From a virus (Duplodnaviria; Caudoviricetes), in IMG/VR virus record IMGVR_UViG_3300021255_002536, positions 1 through 64,000 of that record: a stretch of 64,000 bases of DNA; one strand, 5' to 3'. The notes under the pieces are model-generated. The model did not search any database. It was not told the DNA's origin and was given only the letters and a program-made list of their open reading frames with translations. The position numbers and the translations under genes were made by a program. Of this stretch, positions 26,965-36,755 are shown in pieces. Numbering within the stretch: position 1 is the first letter of the stretch; the number at the start of each line of letters is the position of its first letter.

Positions 26965-27783
26965 TTACTCGTCCTCGATGGAGTCGTCGCTTACAGCAGG
27001 CAGAGTGGTAGTAACCATAGTGCTGTCAGAAGCGTAACCGAACCAGCTACCGATCTCAGCGTCAGAGCAGAGAGCGATGTTCAGCTTGTTCAGGTTCTCC
27101 TTGTCCTGAGCGGACATAGCACCGTTAGTACCACCGACACCATCGGTAGAAGGAGTAGCCAGAGCGAGCTTCAGACCAGCAGAGGTCAGAGCCAGACCGT
27201 TAGCATTGCTGCTGTCGATCTTGATGGCCAGCTTCTTAGCGCCATCGGTAGAACCAGTGAACTCCAGACCGCCGTTAGCGTCGAGGTCGATGGTGATGAC
27301 GTTGTTCGTAACGTCGATACCATTACCACCGGTGTAAACGTCGATGAGCTCGCTCAGGTTCACGCTCAGGTATTCGTCAGTTGCAGAACCGCTCTTCACG
27401 TTGATGGTGAACAGAGCCCAGATACCAGCAGCGTTGATAGAAGAAGGAGCCTCGTAAGGTGTAACGGCTGTACCGTTCTCAGATACGATCACCCACTTGC
27501 CTTCAAGGGCACCAGTACCGGCTTCGACGGTCACGCGCTTCACAGCTGTTACCAGGAAGTCCTTCGGGATGTTGACCTTACCGATCAGGTTGTCCTGAGT
27601 AACCTCAGACTCCGACGTTACACCCTTTGCGAAGATGTAAGTTTTCAGATAGCCACTCTCGGCAGTTCCCTGCTCGATGATGTGAACGGCGTTAGCAGCA
27701 ACCTGCTCATCCGTGTACGTCTTGGCGACAAAACCAAGTTTTTTGAGGATCAACTCAAGTTCAGATAACTTTTTCTTTGCCAT
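26965..27783 (-). CDS. Fibre/whisker-like structural protein
   Basis: VNIPKDF, YTGGNGI.V.NNVI and G.MSA.DK..L fibre motifs; start MAKKKLS at 27783. Confidence 0.6.
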   Translation of the reverse strand: MAKKKLSELELILKKLGFVAKTYTDEQVAANAVHIIEQGTAESGYLKTYIFAKGVTSESEVTQDNLIGKVNIPKDFLVTAVKRVTVEAGTGALEGKWVIVSENGTAVTPYEAPSSINAAGIWALFTINVKSGSATDEYLSVNLSELIDVYTGGNGIDVTNNVITIDLDANGGLEFTGSTDGAKKLAIKIDSSNANGLALTSAGLKLALATPSTDGVGGTNGAMSAQDKENLNKLNIALCSDAEIGSWFGYASDSTMVTTTLPAVSDDSIEDE

Positions 27784-27855
27784 AATGCTTGAAAAATTTG
27801 GGGTTAATAAAAAATGTGAACTATTCTGATGGCGCAAGCGCCGTTTCAGACTTAA

Positions 27856-28503
27856 TTAGGGTTGCTCCGGACTTTCGGGTGTTTCCGGAGTCTCAGGCGT
27901 TTCAGGATTCTCTGGGGTCTCTGGATTTTCAAGAGTCTCAGGATTTTCCGGTGTCTCAGGGTTCTCAGGCGTTTCGGCGTTTTGGTTCTGATTGTCATCA
28001 CTACCTTCATCGTCGTCATCGCCCGTATCAGGAGCATTACCATCAGGGAAGAAGATATCCTCAATATCCTGTTCGGTCAATCCGATATTATTCATTTCGT
28101 CAAGACCAGCCAGGACATCCTCAGAGAGATCTTCACGCTTGATGGTGCCATCCTGAATAGAGTCGCTATTCACGGTGTCCTTTGGAATGGGTACGCCTGG
28201 TGTGATGTCAGAACCACCACCACCACCGCTACTCTTGATAGGCTCCACTTCACATGTTACGGGACGCGCATCACAACGTAGGCGATACTGCTGACCACTG
28301 GCAGATCCAGTCAGAGAAAACTCGTTCTTGGTTCCAATGGGGAAGGAACGCAGTTTGCGCCAAACATCGTTCTCATCCGCACGGGTATCTACATGAACCA
28401 AATTCAGGGCCTCACGGTCGAAGGCCATACTCACTTTGCTGTCGCCTTCGAACACCGTCGAGACAAAGCTGGGATAATCGTAAGAGAAATCAAGACTTGT
28501 CAT
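27856..28503 (-). CDS. Hypothetical protein with acidic tail and PE(T/N) repeats
   Basis: Start MTSLDF at 28503, downstream of the promoter; PENPET repeats at about 27860-27975. Confidence 0.65.
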   Translation of the reverse strand: MTSLDFSYDYPSFVSTVFEGDSKVSMAFDREALNLVHVDTRADENDVWRKLRSFPIGTKNEFSLTGSASGQQYRLRCDARPVTCEVEPIKSSGGGGGSDITPGVPIPKDTVNSDSIQDGTIKREDLSEDVLAGLDEMNNIGLTEQDIEDIFFPDGNAPDTGDDDDEGSDDNQNQNAETPENPETPENPETLENPETPENPETPETPETPESPEQP

Positions 28504-28530
28504 ATCTTTCCGTTTTAAAATTTCTGCAAG

Positions 28531-28567
28531 CAAAGTTAGCAAATGACTTCTTCGACTACGTGACAAA
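28531..28567 (-). promoter_or_regulatory. Phage-type promoter TTTGTCAC-N21-TAACTTTG
   Basis: + strand caaagtta 28531-28538 and gtgacaaa 28560-28567. Confidence 0.8.
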
Positions 28568-28591
28568 CTGATTATCGGGGTACGGAAATAA

Positions 28592-30574
28592 TTAGCCAGG
28601 AATAGGCAGACACATACCCGACATGGCCGTAAGATGATAGCGGCAACCGATATAAAGCGAGTCGAAAGCATCAGTGCCATCGGTGCGGTATTCCAGTCGT
28701 ACTGCATCGTCAGCGTCCTCACTCAGTTTCTCACCACTCTTACGTTTGCGGAAACCCTTATAACCGATTTCCACCTCTGCTGTCTGCATGGCCACAATCA
28801 GCGCCTCGTTATTCTCGCGGTTGATACGGATAGCGGGATAACTCACACCAGCCAACGACTCATTGATATCGGCATACTTTTTTTCGTGACCGAGAGGCGA
28901 TCCCATATCCACAGGTCGTACATTCCAACCGTAACGGGTCAATTCATTTATCACCACATCCTTAAAATCCTCCATGCCCTCGATGGCATAGCCCTTGAAC
29001 TTTGCCGTAGCATCATAGAAATACACCACATCCTTACATTTCGACATCTTAGGCTTATAGTAGTGGTTCCAGTCGGCCATCAACTCACGCAGTTTGCGCT
29101 CATGCTTCACATACATAGAGGAAAGCACATTGAGGCATTCCTGATTGTCGCGCTTATAGAGTTGGCCCGTAACGACCCAGTTGATATTGGCGTTGTAGTC
29201 CATGCTGATATACAGAGGGGCAGCATCCACCACATCACCATCGAGCGTACAATCCTTAATGGTCTGGAGGTCGCCAAAGTTAGGTGTCTCGTATTCCTCT
29301 TGCTCCATCGTACCACCCACGATGCCCGTCGCCATACGCTTGGTAAACGAGTTGTCGATAGCCGGACAGTCATCAGGAATATAGCCGTGAATATTCTCGA
29401 TATCGAGATTGGAATAGAAGCCGTCGTTGCTCTTAGCCACCTTCTTATTCAGAATAGATATGGCGAATACGACCGGCGGCAGGTCACGAGCCATACGAGC
29501 TATGTACGACTCGCCAACAATATCGAGATTGTCTAAGGTAGAAACACGCCAGAAGGCAAAGGCATTGCACTGTAACTCACGGATCTTCTTTGCATACGAC
29601 TTCGACTGATAAATCATCTGCATGTCGAAGTCCTGTTCTGGGGTAATGAGATACTTATGACAGAAAATCAATTCCGCTTCTTCAGGCGTGATGAGTTTGT
29701 AGTTTACGGCCATGTCGAGCATCGCTTTGTTAATGCGCTTGCCGTAGTTAGGAAGAATCTTAAACGGCCCTTCGTGGTTCATCATGGCTTCTGCCTTGGT
29801 GCGGATTGCCTCTATATCCTCCGGACGCAGTACGATAGGCACACACTTATCTTTCTCGGCTGCATCCATCAGGTCGTTGTAGTAGATGACGCGCTCGGCA
29901 TACGCCTGCAATTCCTCCTGGATTTCACGATAGGTCTTATCCACCAACGGGCCTGTGTCCGGATGTGCGTCGAGCTTATCCTCCTCCTTTTCGAGCCAGT
30001 TGCCCTTGCTGGTCAATGAGGCATCAGAGGCAAAGAAAGTGCTCTTGAACATCGGGTTATCCTCGGTGTAGCCCAGATTGCCGTAGGGGTCAACAATACC
30101 CGACAGGGCAGGCATTACCTCACCATCGATTTTCGATTTCGACATGAACTTACACTCATCAGCCACAATGGAATTGGCTGTAATAGAGTTGGCAGATCCG
30201 GTGACGGCGAGTGAAATGAGTTGCCAAAGTGTACCATTGGCAAACCAGATGCAGTTATCCCAGGTCTTTGGCTTAATAATCGGCGACTTCACCCAACGAG
30301 GCGGTTTGCCCCATCCGAAATGACGGCCCTCCTTCAGTCCGAAGAAACGCTCAATAGCTGCTATCGTACCTGGCACGGTACGGGTGTATAGCTGCTTGCG
30401 CGAGTTACCAAGCCAGATGTTCGTAGCACGGGGCATGGACTTCGACACCCGATAGATGCGAGGGCCTAACGTGCCATCAGTCTTACCGAAACGACGGGCA
30501 CCAAGTAAGCGTCCGTCGCGCACGTTCATTAAATATATAAGGTATTGCTTATAATTTAAATAAACCTTCCTCAT
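28592..30574 (-). CDS. terL: Terminase large subunit
   Basis: Walker A GARRFGKT, Walker B IVADE, nuclease ISMDYN ... TDGTDAFD. Confidence 0.85.
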   Translation of the reverse strand: MRKVYLNYKQYLIYLMNVRDGRLLGARRFGKTDGTLGPRIYRVSKSMPRATNIWLGNSRKQLYTRTVPGTIAAIERFFGLKEGRHFGWGKPPRWVKSPIIKPKTWDNCIWFANGTLWQLISLAVTGSANSITANSIVADECKFMSKSKIDGEVMPALSGIVDPYGNLGYTEDNPMFKSTFFASDASLTSKGNWLEKEEDKLDAHPDTGPLVDKTYREIQEELQAYAERVIYYNDLMDAAEKDKCVPIVLRPEDIEAIRTKAEAMMNHEGPFKILPNYGKRINKAMLDMAVNYKLITPEEAELIFCHKYLITPEQDFDMQMIYQSKSYAKKIRELQCNAFAFWRVSTLDNLDIVGESYIARMARDLPPVVFAISILNKKVAKSNDGFYSNLDIENIHGYIPDDCPAIDNSFTKRMATGIVGGTMEQEEYETPNFGDLQTIKDCTLDGDVVDAAPLYISMDYNANINWVVTGQLYKRDNQECLNVLSSMYVKHERKLRELMADWNHYYKPKMSKCKDVVYFYDATAKFKGYAIEGMEDFKDVVINELTRYGWNVRPVDMGSPLGHEKKYADINESLAGVSYPAIRINRENNEALIVAMQTAEVEIGYKGFRKRKSGEKLSEDADDAVRLEYRTDGTDAFDSLYIGCRYHLTAMSGMCLPIPG

Positions 30575-31299
30575 GGCAATGGATCTTCGTCAAACACATC
30601 CTTTTCAGGTTCTTTGTCGCCCTCTTCGTCAGGCATTTCCCAGGTGCCGTCACTGTTCTGAATCATGTCAATCACCTGTTTGTCGGTCAGACCATAGCGA
30701 CGGGCCAGTTTTTTGCGCTCTTCGTCGGTGTAGTTCACACGGTCACGTTTCACGACAGAGACATCATGCGTCAGCACAATATCCGAGTCAGGCATCTGCT
30801 CCTCCGCATCATCCTTTTCCTTGAAGCCGTTGTAGAGATCCATCTTCAGGTCTGCACCTGACTTCACACTTCTTGGGTCGCCCATTTTCATGCCCTCGCG
30901 AATAAGCCAGTCGGAGGCATCCTGCACCTTCGCACGTTCAATGTTATCCATCGGCACCTCAAAGCGTCCGATGATATGATTGAAGAGTGCGAGATCGTTA
31001 GATATCTCGGTCGGTGTACGCGGAATGCCAGGGCGCACATTCATAGCATCGACATACTCCTGGGCCTTTGCGTCACCTTCGGCAGCACGACGGAGTAGGA
31101 TAGGGTACTCACGGGCCGCAATATTACGGAGCACATCAGAGGCACGTAGCTGCTTATCCTGAAGCCATCGCTGATAGACCTCATAGGCGAGCATGGCACG
31201 GAAACGCTGGTCGGGCGACATCACCATCTTTTCGATGGAAATGCCACCTAACAGCCAACGTTCGACCTTATCAAAGTATTTCTCAGAGGGCTTCGACAT
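30571..31299 (-). CDS. Putative terminase small subunit
   Basis: Helical 242-aa ORF overlapping the terL start (ATGA). Confidence 0.5.
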   Translation of the reverse strand: MSKPSEKYFDKVERWLLGGISIEKMVMSPDQRFRAMLAYEVYQRWLQDKQLRASDVLRNIAAREYPILLRRAAEGDAKAQEYVDAMNVRPGIPRTPTEISNDLALFNHIIGRFEVPMDNIERAKVQDASDWLIREGMKMGDPRSVKSGADLKMDLYNGFKEKDDAEEQMPDSDIVLTHDVSVVKRDRVNYTDEERKKLARRYGLTDKQVIDMIQNSDGTWEMPDEEGDKEPEKDVFDEDPLP

Positions 31300-31661
31300 T
31301 ACGCAATACCTTTGGCAATATGCTTACGTTTGCGCTTATTATACTTATCCTTACCCGTGCGCATCAGGTACTCGCCATATTCCTTGGGCGACATGCCGTA
31401 GTTACCGGCGATACGCAGACCACCGCCACCAGGGATGGTGGGATTCTGAAGATATTGCTGCACCGTCTGACCAGGATTGGCACGCTGTGCCTGCTGGCCC
31501 TGCTGATTGAGGTAACGCTGCGGAGCCTGTTGTGTGACTTGCTGGCCTTTGACCTGCTGCATAGACTGTTCAGCCAACTGCTGACCCGATGGTGATGATA
31601 CCAAACCCAGAGCACCGGCAGCCATAGCGCCGAGCACTGTCATAACTTTACTCTTCTTCAT
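31299..31661 (-). CDS. Gln-rich small protein with N-terminal hydrophobic segment
   Basis: Start MKKSKV at 31661; Q-rich middle and basic tail. Confidence 0.65.
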   Translation of the reverse strand: MKKSKVMTVLGAMAAGALGLVSSPSGQQLAEQSMQQVKGQQVTQQAPQRYLNQQGQQAQRANPGQTVQQYLQNPTIPGGGGLRIAGNYGMSPKEYGEYLMRTGKDKYNKRKRKHIAKGIA

Positions 31662-32799
31662 TGTTCTTTGATTTTTTGTTATTAATAGTATAATTTTCCG
31701 CATCCTTACGGGCTGCTTCCAAAACGGGATAGTAGTGTTTTGCCTCTTCCTCACCAGCCAGTTCCACCAGCTGCTGATAACGCTCCTCCATTGTCTTTAC
31801 ACGTCGAGGGGTGTTGAGCTTATCCTTACGGGTGAGATACTTAATGAGGTCGGCGATTTCCTTCTTCTTCTTTTCCTCGGCCTCGCGGATCTTTGCTTGC
31901 TCAGGGTCGTTACGCTTGATATCGTCGATAACCTGCTGTTTGATGGTCGCCTTCTGCTGGTCATCAAACTTATCCCAATACACGCGGAGTTTGCTACGCC
32001 ATTCCTGCGGGTCGGCCTTAGCAGCCTGGATCTTCGCGATATAGGTGGTATCTTCCTTCAGACGCACATAGACATGAGCCAGTTCGCTATCCACATGTTC
32101 GTAGATACTCTCGTACTGCTGCTTATACGTCACGGCATCTTCAGAATAAGGTGCCACCTCTTCCTCCGGCTTACCAGCCAGAGCAAGCGCCTTTGCCGTT
32201 GCCGCACAGTCGGATTCCTTCTGGCGCAAATCACGCACAGTCTCTACGGCCTCTTGAAGGGCAGGGGAGAGCAACCACTTGATTTCATCCAGGCGAAGCA
32301 GCGTGCCACCACCCATCGAGCCAGAAACCGATTCCGTGTCGGGTGTCTCTACAACGGGGATGTCACTCTTCTTACCAAACAGTGTCTCTTCCTTTTCCTC
32401 CTGTTTCTGACGCTCCTTCTCGGCCTGCAACTGACGGGCAGCCTGTTCATCCTTCGTAGGACGGCCCACATGGGGAGTCAGAAGATTGGGATCGTTAAGA
32501 TCCACGGTTTTCATCATGCCTATCATACCCTGTACCTCCGTGGCCACCTTATCGGCATAGCGACGGAGCAACTTACGACGGGCTCCATAATCCTTAAACC
32601 TGAGAGATTCCTGTACGAACGCACGGCAGTAGGCAAATGGCTCCATCATGTGAAGGCCGCGCTCAAACTCCGCTTTCAATTCGCCGGTCACGCCCTTCTG
32701 CTCAATCTGTGGCAGAGTGGCGGCATACCATTTTTGAAAGTCGGCCAGCCAGGAACTACGCTCCTGCTGCGACATCTGATTGAATAATTTTTTTTCCAT
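31648..32799 (-). CDS. Hypothetical coiled-coil phage protein
   Basis: 383 aa, first gene of the terminase unit; GRPT motif. Confidence 0.7.
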   Translation of the reverse strand: MEKKLFNQMSQQERSSWLADFQKWYAATLPQIEQKGVTGELKAEFERGLHMMEPFAYCRAFVQESLRFKDYGARRKLLRRYADKVATEVQGMIGMMKTVDLNDPNLLTPHVGRPTKDEQAARQLQAEKERQKQEEKEETLFGKKSDIPVVETPDTESVSGSMGGGTLLRLDEIKWLLSPALQEAVETVRDLRQKESDCAATAKALALAGKPEEEVAPYSEDAVTYKQQYESIYEHVDSELAHVYVRLKEDTTYIAKIQAAKADPQEWRSKLRVYWDKFDDQQKATIKQQVIDDIKRNDPEQAKIREAEEKKKKEIADLIKYLTRKDKLNTPRRVKTMEERYQQLVELAGEEEAKHYYPVLEAARKDAENYTINNKKSKNNEEE

Positions 32800-32838
32800 A
32801 CTTTTACTTTCGATGTTCGATATTCAAATTCACGTAAG

Positions 32839-32875
32839 CAAAGGTAGGAAACCTATCGGGGAAGTACGTGACAAA
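32839..32875 (-). promoter_or_regulatory. Phage-type promoter TTTGTCAC-N21-TACCTTTG (terminase unit)
   Basis: + strand caaaggta 32839-32846 and gtgacaaa 32868-32875. Confidence 0.8.
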
Positions 32876-32887
32876 AATCGGGGACAG

Positions 32888-32923
32888 AAAAAGCCCACAT
32901 CGGGGATAGTCCTCGGTGCGGGC
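32888..32923 (-). terminator. Intrinsic terminator after the tail tube gene
   Basis: GCCCACATCGGGGA/TCCTCGGTGCGGGC stem with T-run on the minus strand. Confidence 0.7.
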
Positions 32924-32947
32924 CTTATGATTGTAAACGAAACGCGC

Positions 32948-33520
32948 TTAGGGGTTCGTAGATGCTGGCTGTGCAGAAGCCAGCAGCGACTCCCAACCAC
33001 CCTTATCAGGAGCGGTCACGTACAGGTTCTGATACAGAACACCGTTCAAGTGGAACTCCAGTGTGGTCTGGCGGTCGTCAGAAGTGGCAGCGCCGGTGTC
33101 AGAAGCGATACCGCCCTGCTCTACCTTCACGCGATGGTTGGGGTCGTACATGATCTGGGTGTCGCCGGTCTGACCATCAGGAACGATGATACAGATGTCG
33201 AGGTTGTTCAGCGCACGGCTCAACTCAGCAATACGTTTGTTGACGCTCTCAATGGTAGCATTGTAGGTGAGGTTGAAACCACCGTTGTTACCCTGGCTCT
33301 CGCCCTTGATCTGCTGTGTCTCATCCTTCAGGTCGAACTTATACAAGCCCTTACCGCTCTTGAAGGTAGGAGTAGAGTAGATGCAACCGCTAAGAGTCAA
33401 TGGAGCAGCGAGGTCGCCCTTCACGAAGTAATATGCTACAGCCGATGTACCACCGATGTTTTCGAGGCAGTTCTCTTCGTTCAGGTAGTCGGCCAGCTCA
33501 GGACAATTAATATTTCCCAT
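32948..33520 (-). CDS. Probable major tail (tube) protein
   Basis: 190 aa, beta-rich; C.EN.GG and D.G....DDR.T motifs; follows the capsid gene with highly expressed-looking codons. Confidence 0.6.
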   Translation of the reverse strand: MGNINCPELADYLNEENCLENIGGTSAVAYYFVKGDLAAPLTLSGCIYSTPTFKSGKGLYKFDLKDETQQIKGESQGNNGGFNLTYNATIESVNKRIAELSRALNNLDICIIVPDGQTGDTQIMYDPNHRVKVEQGGIASDTGAATSDDRQTTLEFHLNGVLYQNLYVTAPDKGGWESLLASAQPASTNP

Positions 33521-33596
33521 ATTCTTACTCTTTTTAATAGTGATTACTTAATGCAGAAAGGAAAAAGCGGAAGGGCTTGCGCCCTCCCAGACTTTT

Positions 33597-34880
33597 TTAC
33601 TCGAAGAAGGCGGTGATAGCCATTGGCATACCGGTAGCGGTGATGGTGATCTCCTTATCGGTCTTACCATTGCTCCACTGCTTGAATACCTTATGACCGT
33701 CGGCAGTGCCTTCAACAGCCTTCAGGGTGATCAGAGCGTTAGGAGCGAACTCTGCGGGCTCATCGTAGTCCTCGCCATTGACCTGTACCTTAGCGGCAGC
33801 GTCGGCACCATCGAGAGTTACAACCAGCTTAGAGTTGGTGTAGTCGCCATTGATGACGTTCTCAGCAATCGAGCCATCGCTCATCACGAATGCGCTGGGG
33901 AGCGGATTCATAATGCGTGTGCCTTGGATCGACTGGATCTGGAAAATCACATCCTGAGCGTCCTCATCCGAACCAAACTGAGTCTTAACAAAAGTCTGGT
34001 TGTTTTCAGAATCCACGCCATACTGGAGGTTTCCAGGAATAGTGGCCATCATACGAGTACCAACACCCCAAGCGTCAGAGGGACAGAACTCTACGCGAGG
34101 CATTTCAGGCACGGTGAAGTTGCCGTTAGGCAGGTAGTTCACCTTAGAGTTGCCGTGATACTTGTTGCTATAACCCTGAGCGATGTAGAGACCGCGCAGG
34201 ATGTCAACATGCAGCTTCACGAGCTTCTGCTGACGGAGGCGACCATCCCACTTGGTGTACCACTCCAGAACGGTGTCGAACGGAGTAGAGTCGTGAGCAT
34301 CAACGGGAGCGGTGATAGCGTCACAAGCAATCAGGTTCTTGTTCTGTACGCTGATAATGCCATCGGCAATATCATGGGCCATGTCAGTATGGAAACCATC
34401 GTACAGAGAGAGCTTCTGCTTGTCCTCATCAGCACTCTCCTCATTCTCCATGTCGCCAAAGAAGAGGTTGGACTTCAAATCCTCAGCATAGCTCTTCAGG
34501 ATTGCCTCTACTGCTACAGTTGACATGGGGTATTCGCCACCAGGCTTACCGTCTGTACCAAAGACAGTCTCAACGTAGTTGTCGATGTTGTCTTTATAGC
34601 GGTTCCATGTCAGCTTCGCAATCAGGGTGCGCTCCTTCAGGAAGCCAATCTTGTTTTCTACAGGTGTACCAACCTTCTTACGGCGAGTGGTACCACCCTT
34701 ACGAACCAACAGGTGATCAGTCTTTTTGAACTGTACGCCTGAAATCACACTAATACCAAGACGGTCGAGCAGTTCAGGATCCTCGTAAGCGGGGCCCATA
34801 ATGATCTGCTTACCAACTTGCTCGGCTACGTGGGTCAGCGCCTCACGTCCGATGAACTCTGGAGCTTTGTTGTCAGCCAT
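33597..34880 (-). CDS. Major capsid protein with C-terminal Ig-like extension
   Basis: Follows protease/scaffold; LFFGD...YDGF motif; C-terminal ITLKA...F.QWSNG....ITA.F domain. Confidence 0.7.
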   Translation of the reverse strand: MADNKAPEFIGREALTHVAEQVGKQIIMGPAYEDPELLDRLGISVISGVQFKKTDHLLVRKGGTTRRKKVGTPVENKIGFLKERTLIAKLTWNRYKDNIDNYVETVFGTDGKPGGEYPMSTVAVEAILKSYAEDLKSNLFFGDMENEESADEDKQKLSLYDGFHTDMAHDIADGIISVQNKNLIACDAITAPVDAHDSTPFDTVLEWYTKWDGRLRQQKLVKLHVDILRGLYIAQGYSNKYHGNSKVNYLPNGNFTVPEMPRVEFCPSDAWGVGTRMMATIPGNLQYGVDSENNQTFVKTQFGSDEDAQDVIFQIQSIQGTRIMNPLPSAFVMSDGSIAENVINGDYTNSKLVVTLDGADAAAKVQVNGEDYDEPAEFAPNALITLKAVEGTADGHKVFKQWSNGKTDKEITITATGMPMAITAFFE

Positions 34881-34918
34881 AATTCTAATGTTTTTAAAGG
34901 GTTAATAATTGGAAATAC

Positions 34919-36532
34919 TTAAACTTGGTGAGCCTTCTTCCATGCCTCACGAATCTCCTTATTCTCCTTTGGAGACTTAGAGTGGTCGTAGGCAGGCATA
35001 CCACCTTCCTCAGCAGCGGGAGCTTCTGCGCCCTGGCCATTGTTGGCAGGAGAGCCACCCTTCTCAGAAGCGGGAGCGGAAGTCATAGCCTCGATCTGGC
35101 CCTTCTGGTCGGCGATAATCTGATTGGCTTCGTCGAGCTTTGCCTGGAGGTCTTTTGCTTCACCCTCGGCTTTCTCGCGTGCATCCTTCTCCGTCTGGAG
35201 AGCTTTAGTGTGCTCAGTGTTGAGCTTTTCGATGGCCTGGTTGTGCTCCTCATTGAGGTTAGCAATGGCCTGCTCGTGAGCTTCGTTCAGTTCCTTCTCA
35301 CGGTTAGCGACAGCTTCCTCACGCTCAGTCTGGGCGTTGTCAACCTGTCCCTGAAGGGTCTGAATCTTTTCCTCAGCAGCAGCCTTTTCAGTGGCATGCT
35401 GTTCAAGAGTCTGGTCGAGCGCGTCAAGCATTTCAGGTACGAAATGTGCGCCTTCCTCGGTCTGTACCAGTTCCTCTACACCGCAAGCGGTGGCAATGTT
35501 CTTGTACTCTTTCATACTGTTGTTATTATTTGGGGTTAAAGAATTAGCATTAGCGGCTGGTGCGGGGTCATCCTCTGGCACGTCATCCTCCGGAGCCACC
35601 GGCTTTACACGAGTGATAGGCTCGGCAGAACCGTTAGCCACCTCAAAGGCACGGGTAATCACTTCACCCAGCGTCATTTGTCCGTCACACAGGATGCCAG
35701 TCACCTTATCAGCCTCGAACACCTTACCATGGATGTGCTCTTCCTTAGCAGCAGGGAAGGCAGCCTGAATGTCCTTACGGAACTGTACGCCATCCTCCTT
35801 CAACTCTTCGATGAGCACCTTATCATTCTTCGGGTCATCGGCGAGGTCACGATACCATTTGTTTTTGTCATAGGACTCAGGATCGTAGAGCTCATGGAAG
35901 GTCTCATTGGTGTACTTGTTTGTAGTACCATTCTTCTCGGTGTAGAACACAGCCATCACACCGATAGAGCCAAACAAATCTTTGGGGTGCATGTAGTACA
36001 CTTCATCACAGACAGAAGCGAGATACATAGCTGCTGATGCACACAGGCCGTCAACAAAGGCATACACCTTCTGACCACGCTCATGCGCATACTCGATAGC
36101 CTGTTTAAAGTCATTGATAGCCCAAGCGGAACCACCAGGGGAGTTGATGACAAAGACATGTGCCTTGCAGAACTCGTTATTAGCAGCCTCCATGAGCCAG
36201 TCGCGCAGATCCATAGAGCCATAAGAACAGGCACCACCTTCGCGAGTGATAGGGCCAGCCACCGGCATAACATTGACAAAAGGCGCATCCATATCCTCCA
36301 TCCACCAGCGCGACTCTACCTTACCTTGCTCCGTAACCTGATACTCCTTGATTTCAGGAGCTGCATCCTCGGCAGACTTGATGAGTTGCATGACGTATGG
36401 CTTTTTCTTTTTGTCAAACTCCAAACCGATATGACCATTCAAATTTTGTTCCCACATCGTGCGAGAACCATGAACATACTCAGGCATGATCATCCACTTC
36501 TTCGTTGACAATATTTCCAGTAATCCGTTCAT
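34919..36532 (-). CDS. S49/ClpP-type prohead protease fused to coiled-coil scaffold
   Basis: INSPGG, GLCASAAMYLAS and GSIGV motifs; acidic coiled-coil C-terminus. Confidence 0.88.
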   Translation of the reverse strand: MNGLLEILSTKKWMIMPEYVHGSRTMWEQNLNGHIGLEFDKKKKPYVMQLIKSAEDAAPEIKEYQVTEQGKVESRWWMEDMDAPFVNVMPVAGPITREGGACSYGSMDLRDWLMEAANNEFCKAHVFVINSPGGSAWAINDFKQAIEYAHERGQKVYAFVDGLCASAAMYLASVCDEVYYMHPKDLFGSIGVMAVFYTEKNGTTNKYTNETFHELYDPESYDKNKWYRDLADDPKNDKVLIEELKEDGVQFRKDIQAAFPAAKEEHIHGKVFEADKVTGILCDGQMTLGEVITRAFEVANGSAEPITRVKPVAPEDDVPEDDPAPAANANSLTPNNNNSMKEYKNIATACGVEELVQTEEGAHFVPEMLDALDQTLEQHATEKAAAEEKIQTLQGQVDNAQTEREEAVANREKELNEAHEQAIANLNEEHNQAIEKLNTEHTKALQTEKDAREKAEGEAKDLQAKLDEANQIIADQKGQIEAMTSAPASEKGGSPANNGQGAEAPAAEEGGMPAYDHSKSPKENKEIREAWKKAHQV

Positions 36533-36564
36533 ACTTTTTCGCTTTTAGTTTTAAAATTCTATCG

Positions 36565-36598
36565 CAAAAGTAATGAAACGTGCGGGCGAGGTCGTGAT
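36565..36598 (-). promoter_or_regulatory. Phage-type promoter ATCAC-N21-TACTTTTG (capsid unit)
   Basis: + strand caaaagta 36565-36572 and gtgat 36594-36598; shares gaggtcgtga with the portal promoter. Confidence 0.7.
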
Positions 36599-36643
36599 GT
36601 GGTTTTCCTTAGTATATTAGGGTTTTAGGACGTTTTAGGGCAT

Positions 36644-36680
36644 AAAAAAGCCCCGACAGCGTTTCACAACGTCATCGGGG
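36644..36680 (-). terminator. Intrinsic terminator (TTCACA-loop hairpin)
   Basis: CCCCGA...TCGGGG stem with T6 on the minus strand. Confidence 0.7.
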
Positions 36681-36755
36681 ATGGAACAATTACTGTTATT
36701 TACGTGGTTAGATTCAATATACCTTATTATATATAGAGGTGGTTTATGTGGTCGG

